Shown: piece after piece, positions 42,662 through 55,635 of the stretch
How positions within the stretch are numbered: the stretch's first letter is position 1
How the letters are laid out: every line of letters starts with the position of its first letter
Assembly: GCA_965215265.1 (NCBI GenBank)
Contig: OZ244048.1
Span: forward strand, 480,001-544,000
Reading direction: 5' to 3'
Length of the DNA stretch: 64,000 nucleotides
Origin: Candidatus Poribacteria bacterium
GTDB lineage: Bacteria > Poribacteria > WGA-4E > WGA-3G
Notes under the pieces: model-generated
Told to the model about the DNA's origin: nothing
What the model saw: only the letters and a program-made list of their open reading frames with translations
Database searches by the model: none
Translations under genes and position numbers: made by a program

Positions 42662-43657
42662 ATGTCACGTAACTACTACATTACCCAACCCGGTAGACTC
42701 CGCCGCAAAAATAACACCCTCTATTTGGAAAAAGTCGATAATTCACGTGTCCCGATTCCCATAGAGGATATTGACGCACTCTATCTTTATGGCGAGCTTG
42801 ACCTCAACACAAAGCTACTCAGCTTCTTTGCACAGAAACAGATTCCGTTCCACGTCTTCAATTACTACGGATACTATGCCGGCAGTTATTATCCGCGCGA
42901 ATATCTTAACTCAGGCTCCCTTCTCGTTAAACAGGTCCAACACTATGAAAAACCGAGAAAACGTTTACCACTCGCACAAGAATTCGTTGCATCTGCTGTT
43001 TTCAACATCCTCAAAAATCTGCGATACTATAGCAACCGCGGCAAAGATTGCACCGACCAGATTAACGCAATTGAAGCCATCGCTCCGGAGATGCCCTCGG
43101 CGAAAAACACAAATGAATTGATGGGATACGAAGGCCTAATTCGAGACACCTACTACACCGCTTTCAACACAATCCTTGAACTCCAAACACCTTTTGAAAA
43201 GCGCGTCCGCCGACCCGCAGATAACCCAATTAACACCGCAATCTCTTTCGGAAACTCATTGATGTACGCCGCATGCCTCACCGAAATCTATCGAACCCAA
43301 CTCAACCCAACAATCAGTTTCCTCCACGAACCCGGAGATCGGCGATTCTCACTCAGCCTCGACCTCGCCGAAATTTTCAAACCCCTCATCGTAGACCGTA
43401 TTATTTTTCGCCTTTTTAACCGACGACAGCTCAACGAGCAGAAGCACTTTGAGACTGAAATCGGTGCATGCTACCTCAACGAAAACGGCAGGAAACTTTT
43501 CATCGCCGCCTTCGATGAACAACTCAAACAGACCGTCGCACATCGAAAACTCAAACGCAAAGTCTCCTACCAGCGACTCATACGATTAGAATGTTACAAA
43601 CTCATCAAACACTTAGTCGGAATGGAACCTTATCACGCCCTCCGCCCATGGTGGTAG
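42662..43657 (+). CDS. cas1: Cas1 integrase (I-B type)
   Basis: GRLRRKNNT, FNYYGYY, GYEG, NPINTAISFGN, SFLHEP, LDLAEIFKP. Confidence 0.98.
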   Translation: MSRNYYITQPGRLRRKNNTLYLEKVDNSRVPIPIEDIDALYLYGELDLNTKLLSFFAQKQIPFHVFNYYGYYAGSYYPREYLNSGSLLVKQVQHYEKPRKRLPLAQEFVASAVFNILKNLRYYSNRGKDCTDQINAIEAIAPEMPSAKNTNELMGYEGLIRDTYYTAFNTILELQTPFEKRVRRPADNPINTAISFGNSLMYAACLTEIYRTQLNPTISFLHEPGDRRFSLSLDLAEIFKPLIVDRIIFRLFNRRQLNEQKHFETEIGACYLNENGRKLFIAAFDEQLKQTVAHRKLKRKVSYQRLIRLECYKLIKHLVGMEPYHALRPWW

Positions 43658-43747
43658 ATAGGACAACATCATTTTTTATAGCCACTGCGGCTCCGTCTAC
43701 TTTTTGCGCAGATCATAGCAACGAAGTCTCATTGAAGGATAAGCAAA

Positions 43748-44011
43748 ATGTACATCATTCTCGTTTATGACATTGAAACGAAACGCGTCGCCAAAGTCTG
43801 TAAATACCTACGTCAGCACCTCAACTGGATCCAAAATTCAGTTTTTGAAGGAGAGTTGACGAAGGCACAACTTGCGCGCGTCAAAGCCGGTTTAGCCACA
43901 ATCACCAACCCTGAAAAGGACTCGGTCATCATCTATCAATTGCGTCACGCAAAATGGATGAAAAAAGAAGTCATGGGCATCGACAAAAATCCAGCCACAA
44001 ATCTACTATAG
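43748..44011 (+). CDS. cas2: Cas2
   Basis: MYIILVYDI...L.WIQNSVFEG. Confidence 0.97.
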   Translation: MYIILVYDIETKRVAKVCKYLRQHLNWIQNSVFEGELTKAQLARVKAGLATITNPEKDSVIIYQLRHAKWMKKEVMGIDKNPATNLL

Positions 44012-44240
44012 ATTGTGGTTTACAAACTGCTGTCGATCGCCGTGAAACGAGGATATTTTGCCCCAAGTTTCCTTGCCATTTTGACAGAAAACAACGGATA
44101 ACCCTTTACCGTATCAAAGGTCGTCGACCTCCTAGGAAATAGACCTAACTAGAGGTCGACAGCAATGTCAAAAAAAATAAAAATTAACTTGACAAGCTGT
44201 ATAAGGATGTGGTATACTATATATATCAGTTTTAGATAGC
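44012..44240 (+). promoter_or_regulatory. CRISPR leader
   Basis: Inverted repeat GTCGACCTC (44123-44131) / GAGGTCGAC (44152-44160); promoter TTGACA 44189, 18 bp, TATACT 44213 with extended TG; AT-rich next to the first repeat. Confidence 0.85.
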
Positions 44241-47200
44241 CTTTTAATCGCACCAATTTGGAATCGAAACTGAACCGCATATGCTACATCATTTGTAGTC
44301 TCAGCTGCCTTTTAATCGCACCAATTTGGAATCGAAACTGTACGCGAAAAAACAGTGCACTTTTCCGTCGCGACGCCTTTTAATCGCACCAATTTGGAAT
44401 CGAAACGACTTATAGAAGAGCAAGAATGGTCGTGCGAATACGCTTTTAATCGCACCAATTTGGAATCGAAACATAAGCAAAGTATAGAAAAAACTTTACA
44501 AGATGAAAACTTTTAATCGCACCAATTTGGAATCGAAACTACTGACTGTCCTACTGCGAAGACACATGATTTTAACTTTTAATCGCACCAATTTGGAATC
44601 GAAACGAGTTCCGTGTGGCGTTGTTTATCGGCACACTACTTCTTTTAATCGCACCAATTTGGAATCGAAACTTGACAGCGTATTCACCAGTAGTGAATCG
44701 GCATTGCTTTTAATCGCACCAATTTGGAATCGAAACTCAGTTGAAAATCATAACGCGAACTAATCACGATATCTTTTAATCGCACCAATTTGGAATCGAA
44801 ACTCGTCTTACTCCTCCCTATGAATGATGTTGCATAACACTTTTAATCGCACCAATTTGGAATCGAAACACATGTACCTCGCTGACTTTGTAAACGCATG
44901 TGCGGATCTTTTAATCGCACCAATTTGGAATCGAAACGCCTGCTGCAGCACACACTGCAGCAGGCCAACCCACTCTTTTAATCGCACCAATTTGGAATCG
45001 AAACATGCCACTGTCACTAGCAATATACCTGATCCGTTTTCTTTTAATCGCACCAATTTGGAATCGAAACGTGGTGGCCGTCGCAGGGTTGGGCCAGATC
45101 AGTTTATCTTTTAATCGCACCAATTTGGAATCGAAACTTAGCTAAACCTGATGTCACTGTCTTTCCACCGTTTACTTTTAATCGCACCAATTTGGAATCG
45201 AAACAAACCAATCTGACGTAAAAAAGAGTATACACGACGACTTTTAATCGCACCAATTTGGAATCGAAACAAAGTCAGCCACGTATTGAAGTCTTCACTG
45301 TCTTCAGACTTTTAATCGCACCAATTTGGAATCGAAACGACGTAAACTGGAGGGGACTTCTAACATGCAGGGTTTCTTTTAATCGCACCAATTTGGAATC
45401 GAAACGGAATCACCATCTGATGAATAAAGGATAAAAAAAACTTTTAATCGCACCAATTTGGAATCGAAACGTAGACGAATACGGACAATCGCAAAAAGAA
45501 TTATGTCTTTTAATCGCACCAATTTGGAATCGAAACCTTAGAAAATGGTAAAATCAAAGAATCAGGCTCTATCTTTTAATCGCACCAATTTGGAATCGAA
45601 ACCTGGCTTGGAATTGTGTGCCGAAGCGGTTTGCTTCGGCCTTTTAATCGCACCAATTTGGAATCGAAACATGAAAATATAATTCTCATCCGCGAATATT
45701 TCTTCGACTTTTAATCGCACCAATTTGGAATCGAAACGCCCAAAGGTAAAACCGCCTTCGTGCTGTCCCCCGCCTTTTAATCGCACCAATTTGGAATCGA
45801 AACTGATTGGATGTTTCAGAATGCTGCTTTTAGAAAGCGGGCTTTTAATCGCACCAATTTGGAATCGAAACTTGCGAGGTTTGTCGGTATCGTCCTAATC
45901 AAAACCTTCTTTTAATCGCACCAATTTGGAATCGAAACCAGCGTGCCTGCGTTTTCGGTATACTGTATCTGTGCCTTTTAATCGCACCAATTTGGAATCG
46001 AAACTCACTTTGATAGATAAAGTGTCGTCGCGGTATACGACCTTTTAATCGCACCAATTTGGAATCGAAACCAATACGGAATTCATAATCTTCATAGCGT
46101 TCCTTATGCCTTTTAATCGCACCAATTTGGAATCGAAACGATATTGAATTTTATCCAAACCAGAGGAGATAACTACTTTTAATCGCACCAATTTGGAATC
46201 GAAACAGTTGGCGGCGGTAAATATTTATATTTGCTCCGACACCTTTTAATCGCACCAATTTGGAATCGAAACTCAGGCGTGTCTCCTGAACCGCCCACTC
46301 CGATAACGCTTTTAATCGCACCAATTTGGAATCGAAACTTGCTGATATAGCGGTTTGTAGTGCCTCGCCAAGTGGCCTTTTAATCGCACCAATTTGGAAT
46401 CGAAACACGGCCACTTTATGCTCGGTTGATACGTCCGCATCCTTTTAATCGCACCAATTTGGAATCGAAACAATAGTGCAATGCTGCTGACCGCTGACGC
46501 TCCGTTAACTTTTAATCGCACCAATTTGGAATCGAAACTGTTAAGTTAAAAAAAGATGGGCAGATGTTTGGCTTTTAATCGCACCAATTTGGAATCGAAA
46601 CGAGGGGAAAGAAAAGACAAAGAAGGTAAAGACAGTCTTCTTTTAATCGCACCAATTTGGAATCGAAACGAGTTTCGCAGTATGTTTTTGATGATTGTAA
46701 ATTAACTTTTAATCGCACCAATTTGGAATCGAAACTTAATTGGAAAGCGTTTTGAAGGCTTGGATGGCTGCTTCTTTTAATCGCACCAATTTGGAATCGA
46801 AACGCGTCTGGATACGACAACGCATACCCAGCATGACTTTTAATCGCACCAATTTGGAATCGAAACTTTATCTTTTCTACGACTTTAATGAATGCCGGGC
46901 GCAGCCTTTTAATCGCACCAATTTGGAATCGAAACGGAAAAAGCAAACAAGATTCTCAGCACTGCTGGGAATCCTTTTAATCGCACCAATTTGGAATCGA
47001 AACGCTCCAATCCCATCACGCCACCATATTTGTAAGTTCCTTTTAATCGCACCAATTTGGAATCGAAACGAGGCACATCTACAAAGCGGTTGCTACTTTC
47101 TATACTTTTAATCGCACCAATTTGGAATCGAAACTGTCAACGGCCGGTATCAAGTTCAGGCTGTTGTCATCCTTTTAATCGCACCAATTTGGAATCGAAA

Positions 47201-50200
47201 CGAAAGTCGGGCATTACGATTCTAATACTTTATGTAAAGACTTTTAATCGCACCAATTTGGAATCGAAACATAACTTTTCAAAACCGCCAATTGAAAAGA
47301 ACATCCGCTTTTAATCGCACCAATTTGGAATCGAAACGGGACGGCAGTTCGCTCGTCAATAATTGTGGTGCGCTTTTAATCGCACCAATTTGGAATCGAA
47401 ACTTGCTGTTGTCTTTCTGTCTGACTGGCATCAGGTTACCTTTTAATCGCACCAATTTGGAATCGAAACACTATTAGAGGTGGCACAGATGAACTGAAGA
47501 ACCTAGTCTTTTAATCGCACCAATTTGGAATCGAAACCTCAATAACATGCCCACCAAGCCAGTTGTGACGCGGTTTGCTTTTAATCGCACCAATTTGGAA
47601 TCGAAACCGACGTGCATATTGGAGAAGTTAGGTGTCTCATCGGGGCTTTTAATCGCACCAATTTGGAATCGAAACATACGTATACCGTTGCATCTGACAG
47701 GGTGGAGTTGATCTTTTAATCGCACCAATTTGGAATCGAAACGGGTATCAAACAAGATATTGGATAGGTAGGGAAATAGACTTTTAATCGCACCAATTTG
47801 GAATCGAAACGTCGAACTTGACATGCTCAACAGCAATCTTTTTGATCTTTTAATCGCACCAATTTGGAATCGAAACACGTTTTATTCCGACTTAACGTCA
47901 GTATCAAGTTTACCTTTTAATCGCACCAATTTGGAATCGAAACACTTTGCGGGTTCTATGTTCATCATCGCACCGTCTCTTTTAATCGCACCAATTTGGA
48001 ATCGAAACTATCATGTTTGTATCGAAACGTCAATAATAAAAACTTTTAATCGCACCAATTTGGAATCGAAACAGTAGCATGTTGACAGCACCTGTCACGT
48101 TCGTGGCTTTTAATCGCACCAATTTGGAATCGAAACTCAATCAAAACGAGGGCAGGGAATCTTTGGCGAACATCCTTTTAATCGCACCAATTTGGAATCG
48201 AAACTCGCTTCGTTTATCAACGTCAATACGTCAGGCACGGAACCTTTTAATCGCACCAATTTGGAATCGAAACTCAATCAAAACGAGGGCAGGGAATCTT
48301 TGGCGAACATCTTTTAATCGCACCAATTTGGAATCGAAACCACGTTCGGTGATTCTATTGATGTCTTTTTCAAACTTTTAATCGCACCAATTTGGAATCG
48401 AAACCACATTGACCCGTTAGATAAGTATGGTGAGAGTCAACTTTTAATCGCACCAATTTGGAATCGAAACTTGTAAGTTGTCCTTTGAGGGCTGTTGTTC
48501 GCCTGTACACTTTTAATCGCACCAATTTGGAATCGAAACGATACGGCGTTGCCGTTGTGGGATGCAACGCAGTTTTACTTTTAATCGCACCAATTTGGAA
48601 TCGAAACCTTTTTATGTTTTATAGAGAAAAAAGTGCCATATCCTTTTAATCGCACCAATTTGGAATCGAAACTGTATTCAGAGGCAGTAGCACCGCGTGT
48701 CGACGCAGTCGCTTTTAATCGCACCAATTTGGAATCGAAACCGGCATCGTAGCGTTTCGTGACTACGAGCGTATCGCTTTTAATCGCACCAATTTGGAAT
48801 CGAAACTACTGCCGCCTTAGCATCTTCAGAGAGCCCAGGGCCCTTTTAATCGCACCAATTTGGAATCGAAACACAAATTGCTTAATCAGAAAGCGATTAA
48901 CTTCCTGTTTCTTTTAATCGCACCAATTTGGAATCGAAACAGTCACAATTCTTTCAATGCAGATTAGAGAGCTGGACTTTTAATCGCACCAATTTGGAAT
49001 CGAAACCTAACATCAGAAAAGAAATGGAAGCAGGCAGGGCTTCTTTTAATCGCACCAATTTGGAATCGAAACACTGCCATCATTAGAGGCGTCGCAGGTA
49101 GCATCAGACCTTTTAATCGCACCAATTTGGAATCGAAACTGACAACACGTGCCCATGCGGCACGGTTGTCTGTCACTTTTAATCGCACCAATTTGGAATC
49201 GAAACCATCAGGCACGATACGCATGCGAGACGGACGCAACGGCTTTTAATCGCACCAATTTGGAATCGAAACACTTGTTTTAGCATTTTTAATTAGAATG
49301 CATAAAACCTTTTAATCGCACCAATTTGGAATCGAAACCGAATCAGAAGATTGAAATTTACATGACAGACAACCTTTTAATCGCACCAATTTGGAATCGA
49401 AACGGTTGGACAAACTGAATCAGTTCGCCTGCAAGGTTCTTACTTTTAATCGCACCAATTTGGAATCGAAACTATCGCTCCGCTAATTCGGATACCGACA
49501 ACCCTTCATACTTTTAATCGCACCAATTTGGAATCGAAACATTCAAATGCAAAACGGTTATCATAGATAAGTTCTTCTTTTAATCGCACCAATTTGGAAT
49601 CGAAACTATGAAAAGTCATTTGACAACGCGGACTGGATTATAGACTTTTAATCGCACCAATTTGGAATCGAAACTAAGGGCAGCAGGATGTGATTGCGTC
49701 GAAACGTTGAACTTTTAATCGCACCAATTTGGAATCGAAACTCTTTTGAAATTTCCCACTTTACCTCGTTTAACCCTCTTTTAATCGCACCAATTTGGAA
49801 TCGAAACTGTACCGTGGGCGCGCAGTGAACACAACGTACTTTGCTTTTAATCGCACCAATTTGGAATCGAAACTCATCGAATGAAAACGGCCGCCGTTTC
49901 CAATTACACTTTTAATCGCACCAATTTGGAATCGAAACATTTTCTTAACCCTTTCGTTTGCCCTCATGCTGTACATTCCTTTTAATCGCACCAATTTGGA
50001 ATCGAAACGACAGTTCGAATTGACTTTGATAAGAAAGCGAGAGGGCTTTTAATCGCACCAATTTGGAATCGAAACATTTGGGCATAAAGGTGCTTTTGCG
50101 ATTGACGTTCGACTTTTAATCGCACCAATTTGGAATCGAAACATGGGATGGAGAAAGTGGAAATATAAATGATGCCATCTTTTAATCGCACCAATTTGGA

Positions 50201-53200
50201 ATCGAAACTTTTTAGTTTCTTTTCTAATGTGTTTACTTTCATTTGGCTTTTAATCGCACCAATTTGGAATCGAAACCAAAAATTGTCTTCTTCGCAGAAA
50301 TAGCGCCAGTGTCTTTTAATCGCACCAATTTGGAATCGAAACTGAATTCGTCAATCAGGTCTATTTTTTCCTTATCCTTTTAATCGCACCAATTTGGAAT
50401 CGAAACTCAAGTCTGCTGAAACCTTGTTCCCCTTTTCGTACCCTTTTAATCGCACCAATTTGGAATCGAAACCTATTCTCTATATTGTTTCGCATCTTGA
50501 CTAATCGCTTCTTTTAATCGCACCAATTTGGAATCGAAACTTGGATTAAAACTCTGCTGACCAAGCACATCAAACCACTTTTAATCGCACCAATTTGGAA
50601 TCGAAACAGTAAACCAATCAGCCAGCTGCAGCACACACTGCAGCCTTTTAATCGCACCAATTTGGAATCGAAACCGTCGATGTCCGATTCGCCTTGCCAG
50701 TGTGTGATTGCCTTTTAATCGCACCAATTTGGAATCGAAACGCCACACCGTGGCGCCGGAACAGATTGCATTTTCCGGACTTTTAATCGCACCAATTTGG
50801 AATCGAAACGATTATAAGTCAATGACCATGACCCGGATAGATTCCTTTTAATCGCACCAATTTGGAATCGAAACATTCTCGTACGAGTCTTAGTTTTTTG
50901 TACTTATCCACTTTTAATCGCACCAATTTGGAATCGAAACGAATCAGAAAGTACCAGCCACCCATTGCCATTGCCAACTTTTAATCGCACCAATTTGGAA
51001 TCGAAACATTTCTTTCGCATTTTTACCTCCTCTCTAATTTAGACTTTTAATCGCACCAATTTGGAATCGAAACGTGCGTGATGTAGCGGTCATGCAAGAT
51101 ATATCTTGCAGACTTTTAATCGCACCAATTTGGAATCGAAACGTCGATGTAGATTTTGCACTTCATTGTATCCTCCGAACTTTTAATCGCACCAATTTGG
51201 AATCGAAACCAGACGTATTCGGCAGTGGCGAAGGGCAGGCATTCTCTTTTAATCGCACCAATTTGGAATCGAAACTAAATAATTCTGTCAAAATATGTGT
51301 CGTCGTACGTTCTTTTAATCGCACCAATTTGGAATCGAAACGGTCATGGTCGTTAACATACGACCCGGAAAACGCAATCTTTTAATCGCACCAATTTGGA
51401 ATCGAAACTATCATGAAAAAAGACGAGGAGAACGTCATGTCTTTTACTTTTAATCGCACCAATTTGGAATCGAAACCTGCAAGTTCAAGGCCCGCCTGCA
51501 TGCATCAATTTACTTTTAATCGCACCAATTTGGAATCGAAACAGTTAAAATTGCACTTTATTCAACGCTGCCAATGTGCTTTTAATCGCACCAATTTGGA
51601 ATCGAAACACTCCTCGCGTTTGCCCTCGAGCCACACCGTGGCTCCTTTTAATCGCACCAATTTGGAATCGAAACACAGTTCTATATTGACTGTACGGGGT
51701 GATTTTGTGCAGACCTTTTAATCGCACCAATTTGGAATCGAAACGCTATCAATACGTCAATTTCGCATTGACGTATTGATCTTTTAATCGCACCAATTTG
51801 GAATCGAAACCCTACGTTGTCTTAAATACTCTTCATAAGTAGCACACTTTTAATCGCACCAATTTGGAATCGAAACGGTTTCTACGCTTTGAGTGAGTGC
51901 ATGATTCATGCACTTTTAATCGCACCAATTTGGAATCGAAACTGGATTCAATGGTGGATAGGGTTGACAGCAAAGAGGAACTTTTAATCGCACCAATTTG
52001 GAATCGAAACTTTTTGTTGTCACGTCAACACAGAGGACGAAATTATCTTTTAATCGCACCAATTTGGAATCGAAACAATGGAAAGCAAGAAAATTAATAA
52101 CCCATGAAGTGGTCTTTTAATCGCACCAATTTGGAATCGAAACGTTTTGAAGCGAGAGAAATCTGTTGAGGGCCCGAAATCTTTTAATCGCACCAATTTG
52201 GAATCGAAACTTTGAGCCGCTATCCCAGTAATATGCCAATTTTTCAGCTTTTAATCGCACCAATTTGGAATCGAAACTCCGACGCGGTATCCAATGCCGT
52301 TTCCCAAGAACATCTTTTAATCGCACCAATTTGGAATCGAAACTAGTCATTTTTCATTCTCCTTTTTCCGTGAATTTATGGCTTTTAATCGCACCAATTT
52401 GGAATCGAAACTGCATGTCAAAAAAGTCAGTACACCGTGGATCCTTTCGCTTTTAATCGCACCAATTTGGAATCGAAACACCATTCTTTGAAAATTTCCC
52501 CTTCGAATTGCAAATCTTTTAATCGCACCAATTTGGAATCGAAACGGATTGCGTACCCTACAAACCGCTTAATCAAAAATCTTTTAATCGCACCAATTTG
52601 GAATCGAAACCTTAACGAAATTGGAAAAACGCGCACGGAACAGGTACTTTTAATCGCACCAATTTGGAATCGAAACACTTACGATGCAGAGTTTGATTGG
52701 AAGAAAAATGCACCTTTTAATCGCACCAATTTGGAATCGAAACTGACACTTTCCTCAGTCACGTACAGTGCATAATTATCTTTTAATCGCACCAATTTGG
52801 AATCGAAACACCCACTCAAGCATGTCTTCGTCTGTCATGTCTTCTTCCTTTTAATCGCACCAATTTGGAATCGAAACCAGAATCCACAGACGTAACCGCC
52901 TGCTCGTGTGTCAATCTTTTAATCGCACCAATTTGGAATCGAAACCGTACGCTTCGTCGATCATCGTGTCTTTGATGCATTCACTTTTAATCGCACCAAT
53001 TTGGAATCGAAACTTTAGTGTCAACTTGCCGAGTAAGCGGCAGGATTGACTTTTAATCGCACCAATTTGGAATCGAAACCATGAATGGCCTCAGTTTGCG
53101 ATTTAAACGGCATGTCTTTTAATCGCACCAATTTGGAATCGAAACTCATGCACTCACTTAATGCATAAAAGCCCTTTGAATTCTTTTAATCGCACCAATT

Positions 53201-55579
53201 TGGAATCGAAACATTCTTTCATAAGACACTGAACGTGCCATCTGCGCCCTTTTAATCGCACCAATTTGGAATCGAAACGGAGAGTGTGGCCCGTCTGGAT
53301 TCTGTAAGAGTAAGCTTTTAATCGCACCAATTTGGAATCGAAACAAACCAGACTCTTTTTGAATCTCATTGTGCTACTCACTTTTAATCGCACCAATTTG
53401 GAATCGAAACAAGTTCGAGCATTTCATTTCTGAATTCTTTATCATTCTTTTAATCGCACCAATTTGGAATCGAAACATGATTGACACGGTCGATAGCAAG
53501 GAAGAATTGTACACTTTTAATCGCACCAATTTGGAATCGAAACGCAGTCAATCGCAGTTAAGCGGTTTTCTTTTTTCGCCTTTTAATCGCACCAATTTGG
53601 AATCGAAACTGTTGACGTGACAACAAAATCGACCACTCGGAAACCCTTTTAATCGCACCAATTTGGAATCGAAACATCTGAGATTGAAGACGAAATTTAA
53701 TCGCTAACCAGCTTTTAATCGCACCAATTTGGAATCGAAACCAACATTCCCCCCTGCTTCAACAAGTAGACTCAAAGCTTTTAATCGCACCAATTTGGAA
53801 TCGAAACGCGCAGCAGCATCGGAAACCGCAATCACATCCTCCGCTTTTAATCGCACCAATTTGGAATCGAAACACTGACGAGAAACATCAACCTCAGTCA
53901 CCCCGCCCACTTTTAATCGCACCAATTTGGAATCGAAACGATTGGAAGCAGCAGGAGTTGGTAAAAAAGTTTTGGCTTTTAATCGCACCAATTTGGAATC
54001 GAAACTAATAGGCCGGGTAAAAATGCACCTCGTTGTGGAACTTTTAATCGCACCAATTTGGAATCGAAACTTTCAAGACGCGCGAGACATTTTAGGCGAC
54101 GACGCTTTTAATCGCACCAATTTGGAATCGAAACATCCTAGAAACCTTCAAAGAAGTCTATGCAAGAATAAACTTTTAATCGCACCAATTTGGAATCGAA
54201 ACATTATGTGGGTGGTAAGTTTCTAACCAGCTGACGTACTCTTTTAATCGCACCAATTTGGAATCGAAACGCAGACGGTAGGAGACGGCGACGTTATTTC
54301 AGAAACTTTTAATCGCACCAATTTGGAATCGAAACCTCCTTACCCTTACCTTTACCAATACGGATGTTATCACTTTTAATCGCACCAATTTGGAATCGAA
54401 ACGTTATCAATACTTTCATAAATCTCCTCTATGTTCATACTTTTAATCGCACCAATTTGGAATCGAAACTGAAGAGGTCCTCGCAGAGAACCCGCATGCG
54501 GACAACTTTTAATCGCACCAATTTGGAATCGAAACGTATAGAAGCGTAATCGTCTGACTGGAGCCACTCGGAACTTTTAATCGCACCAATTTGGAATCGA
54601 AACAAGTAATCCGTAGCACTTTATCACAGCGCGCCATCACTTTTAATCGCACCAATTTGGAATCGAAACCTGCGTGGATACGTCAAGCACAGACACGTTG
54701 GCAGGGCACTTTTAATCGCACCAATTTGGAATCGAAACACGCCTGTGGACCCTTGGGCACCCCGTAAACCGGTATTCTTTTAATCGCACCAATTTGGAAT
54801 CGAAACTTCTTTCGAACATTTGAGATTCCCCTAAAAGTTAGGCCTTTTAATCGCACCAATTTGGAATCGAAACCGTGTTCGACGTGCTTTTTCAATTCGT
54901 CTGCTATATCTTTTAATCGCACCAATTTGGAATCGAAACTCTTTTCCCAAGCACCGAATTTAAGCCACTGTGCCCGTTCTTTTAATCGCACCAATTTGGA
55001 ATCGAAACGTCAGCACATGCGTCGTCGGTTGTTGACGACTGGCGGATGCTTTTCCGAACACTCTATTATTCTGTAAGTTGACTTTTAATCGCACCAATTT
55101 GGAATCGAAACTTCTTTCGAACATTTGAGATTCCCCTAAAAGTTAGGCCTTTTAATCGCACCAATTTGGAATCGAAACGGCCAGAAAAAGATAGAACTGT
55201 TTGCAAGGGGAAAGTCTTTTAATCGCACCAATTTGGAATCGAAACGCAAAACGAAATTGACAAGTTGATAGCTGGGATTAACTTTTAATCGCACCAATTT
55301 GGAATCGAAACGTATAGCATCGCATAGTATCTGAATGAATAGGTTGCCTTTTAATCGCACCAATTTGGAATCGAAACTAGCAGACATAGGACTTCTTTTT
55401 CAACTCGGATACACTTTTAATCGCACCAATTTGGAATCGAAACCGTCTGGATACGACGTTGGATTTCCGGGTCTGTCCACTTTTAATCGCACCAATTTGG
55501 AATCGAAACTCTTTATCAAAAGACTTAGTCTTTTTTCCTGCATCTTATTCTTTTAATCGCACCAATTTGGAATCGAAAG
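44241..55579 (+). CRISPR. CRISPR array, about 170 repeats of CTTTTAATCGCACCAATTTGGAATCGAAAC (30 nt), spacers mostly 33-40 nt
   Basis: Hand count of about 170 repeats; terminal repeat ends GAAAG; orientation from the leader and the GAAAC 3' end. Confidence 0.99.
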
Positions 55580-55635
55580 CGTACTTTCGATAGGGATATA
55601 GCGAATGGTAACGAAATCAGCCACTTGACGGAGGT

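Noticed and set aside
44503-55556. Dozens of short ORFs inside the array (FNRTNLESK, LLIAPIWNRN, FDSKLVRLK)
   Set aside because: They are translations of the CRISPR repeat, not genes.
44241-55579. Self-targeting spacers against genes in this window
   Set aside because: None noticed by eye; an exhaustive alignment could not be run.
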